From contig RSEE01000054.1 of the NCBI GenBank assembly GCA_003971905.1, positions 62,001 through 126,000 on the forward strand: a DNA stretch of 64,000 nt. The letters are read 5' to 3'. Of the stretch, positions 61,753 to 64,000 are shown piece after piece. Below the pieces are notes generated by a model, which was not told the origin of the DNA, searched no databases, and saw nothing but the letters and a program-made list of their open reading frames with translations. The translations under genes were made by a program, and so were the position numbers. Origin of the DNA: Moniliella sp. 'wahieum'. Its lineage: Eukaryota. Within the stretch, counting starts at the first letter, position 1. Each line of letters starts with the position of its first letter.

Positions 61753-63384
61753 ATCGGCAACAAACTAAGAAAAAGCAGCCCAGACCTTCTCCCCCGCTTG
61801 TCAGTCTCAATGCCTCAAACTTGCCCCCATCACGACATCATCTGCATCATCGACATCCCTCACACGCTCTTTCTTGATATAAGTTGATCTTGGATCAATG
61901 ATTTTATTATTGGTATTGAGAGCATATCGAGCGCATTGTTTATGTGTGGAATATGCGTTTTTAAGAATCTCTGCCGATGCACTTGAGTCGCATACCTCTC
62001 CCCGCCTGAACGATCATCAGTTAAACATGGACCTCTAGCGGGACTGTCACTGTTACCGAAGGATCGCTACTCTCAGCTGTGCTGTTACATGTTCATGTTA
62101 TTTGGACTAAAATCAGTGGCCATTTTTCGTGTATTTGTATGGAGTGCGCGATCCTTGGTGTCACGGGCGGGCGCCGCCAGGGGGCCCGCCCTGGGGTTTT
62201 TGGGGTACAATCCCTTAGGCGACGGTAGGTCGACTCCGGTAGTTTCGGGCTTAGGCTGGTTGGTGTGCCCGAGCGGACCTAGGGACGAGGAGAGGCCTTT
62301 GGTGGGGCGGCTGCACGTGTGGCAAGGCTGCGTCTGCACCGGCTTGGGCCGTAGTAACGTGTCTGAAGCCTCCGGGACTTAGGGACGGGAGGAGGCAGCG
62401 GCGGACAAACACTGCCTTAACTGGGACTGGGAATCGCCGTGACCGAAGGAGGGCTCGCGCGATTGGACTGACGAAGGGCTGGAGGACGAGGTCGGAGGAG
62501 ATGTCGGACGCTAACAAGAGGAGCTGCCTGTACTGGATCAATTGGCTGGAAACGGGCAAGAGTCGGACAGGATAGGCGGGAAAGGGACGAAATGGAGGGT
62601 GGAGGAAAAAATCCCCCACCAACCGGGGGTACAGGCTTAATCAAAAAAGGGGAAAACAGACACAAAGGGGGTGTAGAAAGAAAGGCACGTCAAAAGAGGG
62701 GTTGATCGCCGCAGGCGCGATCGAGAAAGGAAAAAAGTGGTGACGGGCGACGGACGTCGCAAAGATACTGAATACAGTTGGTGGTCTCGTTTTGACCACC
62801 GACTTGGACTTGGGCGGGAGGCGACTGCTGTCGCGCGTACGCATGGCAACTCGGACCACCGTACTTAATTTAGCCAACCATCATCACACTTGGTTGGCCT
62901 GCGGTGCACGCTCTATGGGCATGTGCGGAGCAGGCGGGCCTTAGCTTGGGTCGGACCATCTCGTGTCCGCCGCAGCCCGTGACACTCCCAGACGATGATC
63001 GATGAACGCCACAGTCTGCGTTGAAGGCTGTTCAAAACTCATTATGTATGATGGACCTTGCCTTACTACTATCACCGCCGCCACCACCACCACAGCCACC
63101 ACCATCACAGCCACCACCATCACCTCGACCTTTGCGGATCCACTCCGGGTCCAACAACCCCGCACTCCGCAGCCCATTCTGGATTTATTATGTTCATCCC
63201 ACAATACCACCGTCTCCCTGTGTGTTCTCTCTACACTCACTCTCAGAGAGCAAGGATACCATATTCCTTCCTCTTTCGTACCCCTCTATCTCTGCTTCAC
63301 TGCTCGTCTGCCAATTCATCTCCATAATGTGAGTTCCACACCTCGGTCGCATAACCCGCGATGTTCTTGGTAGGGAAACTGACT

Positions 63385-64000
63385 ATGGCTGCATTACCAA
63401 GTTTTCCTTTGAGAGGCAAACGCGTGCATGCACAACGATCTCGTCGGCAAACACATTGCAGGCGATCGACTCGAGTTTGTCTCCATCATTGGACTCGGCG
63501 CGTATGGAGTAGTTATTTGGCTCGCGATCTGAAGCACCCACTGCATTCTTCTCAAGAACATTGGACGTCCACTTCCATCCAAGCAATGCCCCATGGCGCT
63601 GCTGCTGCAACAGGATTGTACGCTGTCAAATGCCTACATCGCTTGGGGGGCCTCGCCTCGAGCACCTTTCCAACAGCGGGAGATTGCCCTACACAATCTG
63701 GCAGGCACCTACCCATCCGTGGTTACTCTTTATGAGGTACTTCAAGATGCTAGTTGCTACGTCATCATGGACTTTGTCCGGACGGAGATCTCTTCTCCAT
63801 GATCACAGAGAAACATCGGTATTCCGTACAAGGGACAAATCCACCGGGGTCGTCTTCCTCCCACGAGGGCATGTTTCGTGGTTGAGGACGACGAGTATTT
63901 GACAGCGAGGACTGAGATGGATGCCACCATCAAGGATGTCTTTGGGCAGATTGTTCAAGCCGTCGAATATTGCCATGGTCTTGGAATTTACCACCGTGAC
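63385..64000 (+). CDS. Ran1/Pat1/Sks1-like Ser/Thr kinase, truncated by the window end
   Basis: RLEFVSIIGLGAYGVVYLA, YAVKCL, QQREIALH...PSVVTL, IKDVFGQIVQAVEYCHGLGIYHRD. Confidence 0.85.

Overview
Eukaryotic, GC-rich fungal DNA. The protein sequences and short GT-AG introns suggest a basidiomycete; the exact taxon cannot be determined here. Many single-base frameshifts run through otherwise well-conserved genes, most simply explained by an unpolished long-read assembly, so CDS boundaries are approximate. Recognisable genes in order: RDS2/AcuM-like Zn2Cys6-PAS factor, NOP2 (apparently damaged), SCH9-type kinase, mitochondrial bL32, NMD3, IPP1, PDB1, RPN3, gamma-tubulin, fibrillarin NOP1, PKC1, an SDR, an intron-containing tRNA-Val(CAC), a half-length degenerate DEAD-box protein, RRP15, VPS4 and a Ran1/Pat1-like kinase cut by the window end. 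A full-length Ty1/copia element has identical 217-bp LTRs, a CCCAT target-site duplication and a non-canonical primer-binding site. Three LTR remnants of a second family are also present. The most striking unexplained signal is in the intergenic DNA: 7-bp-periodic arrays with the grammar [T(C/G)A + 4-bp palindrome]n. Thirteen of the 16 possible palindromic cores occur fully flanked, and cores switch inside an array while the 7-bp register is kept.
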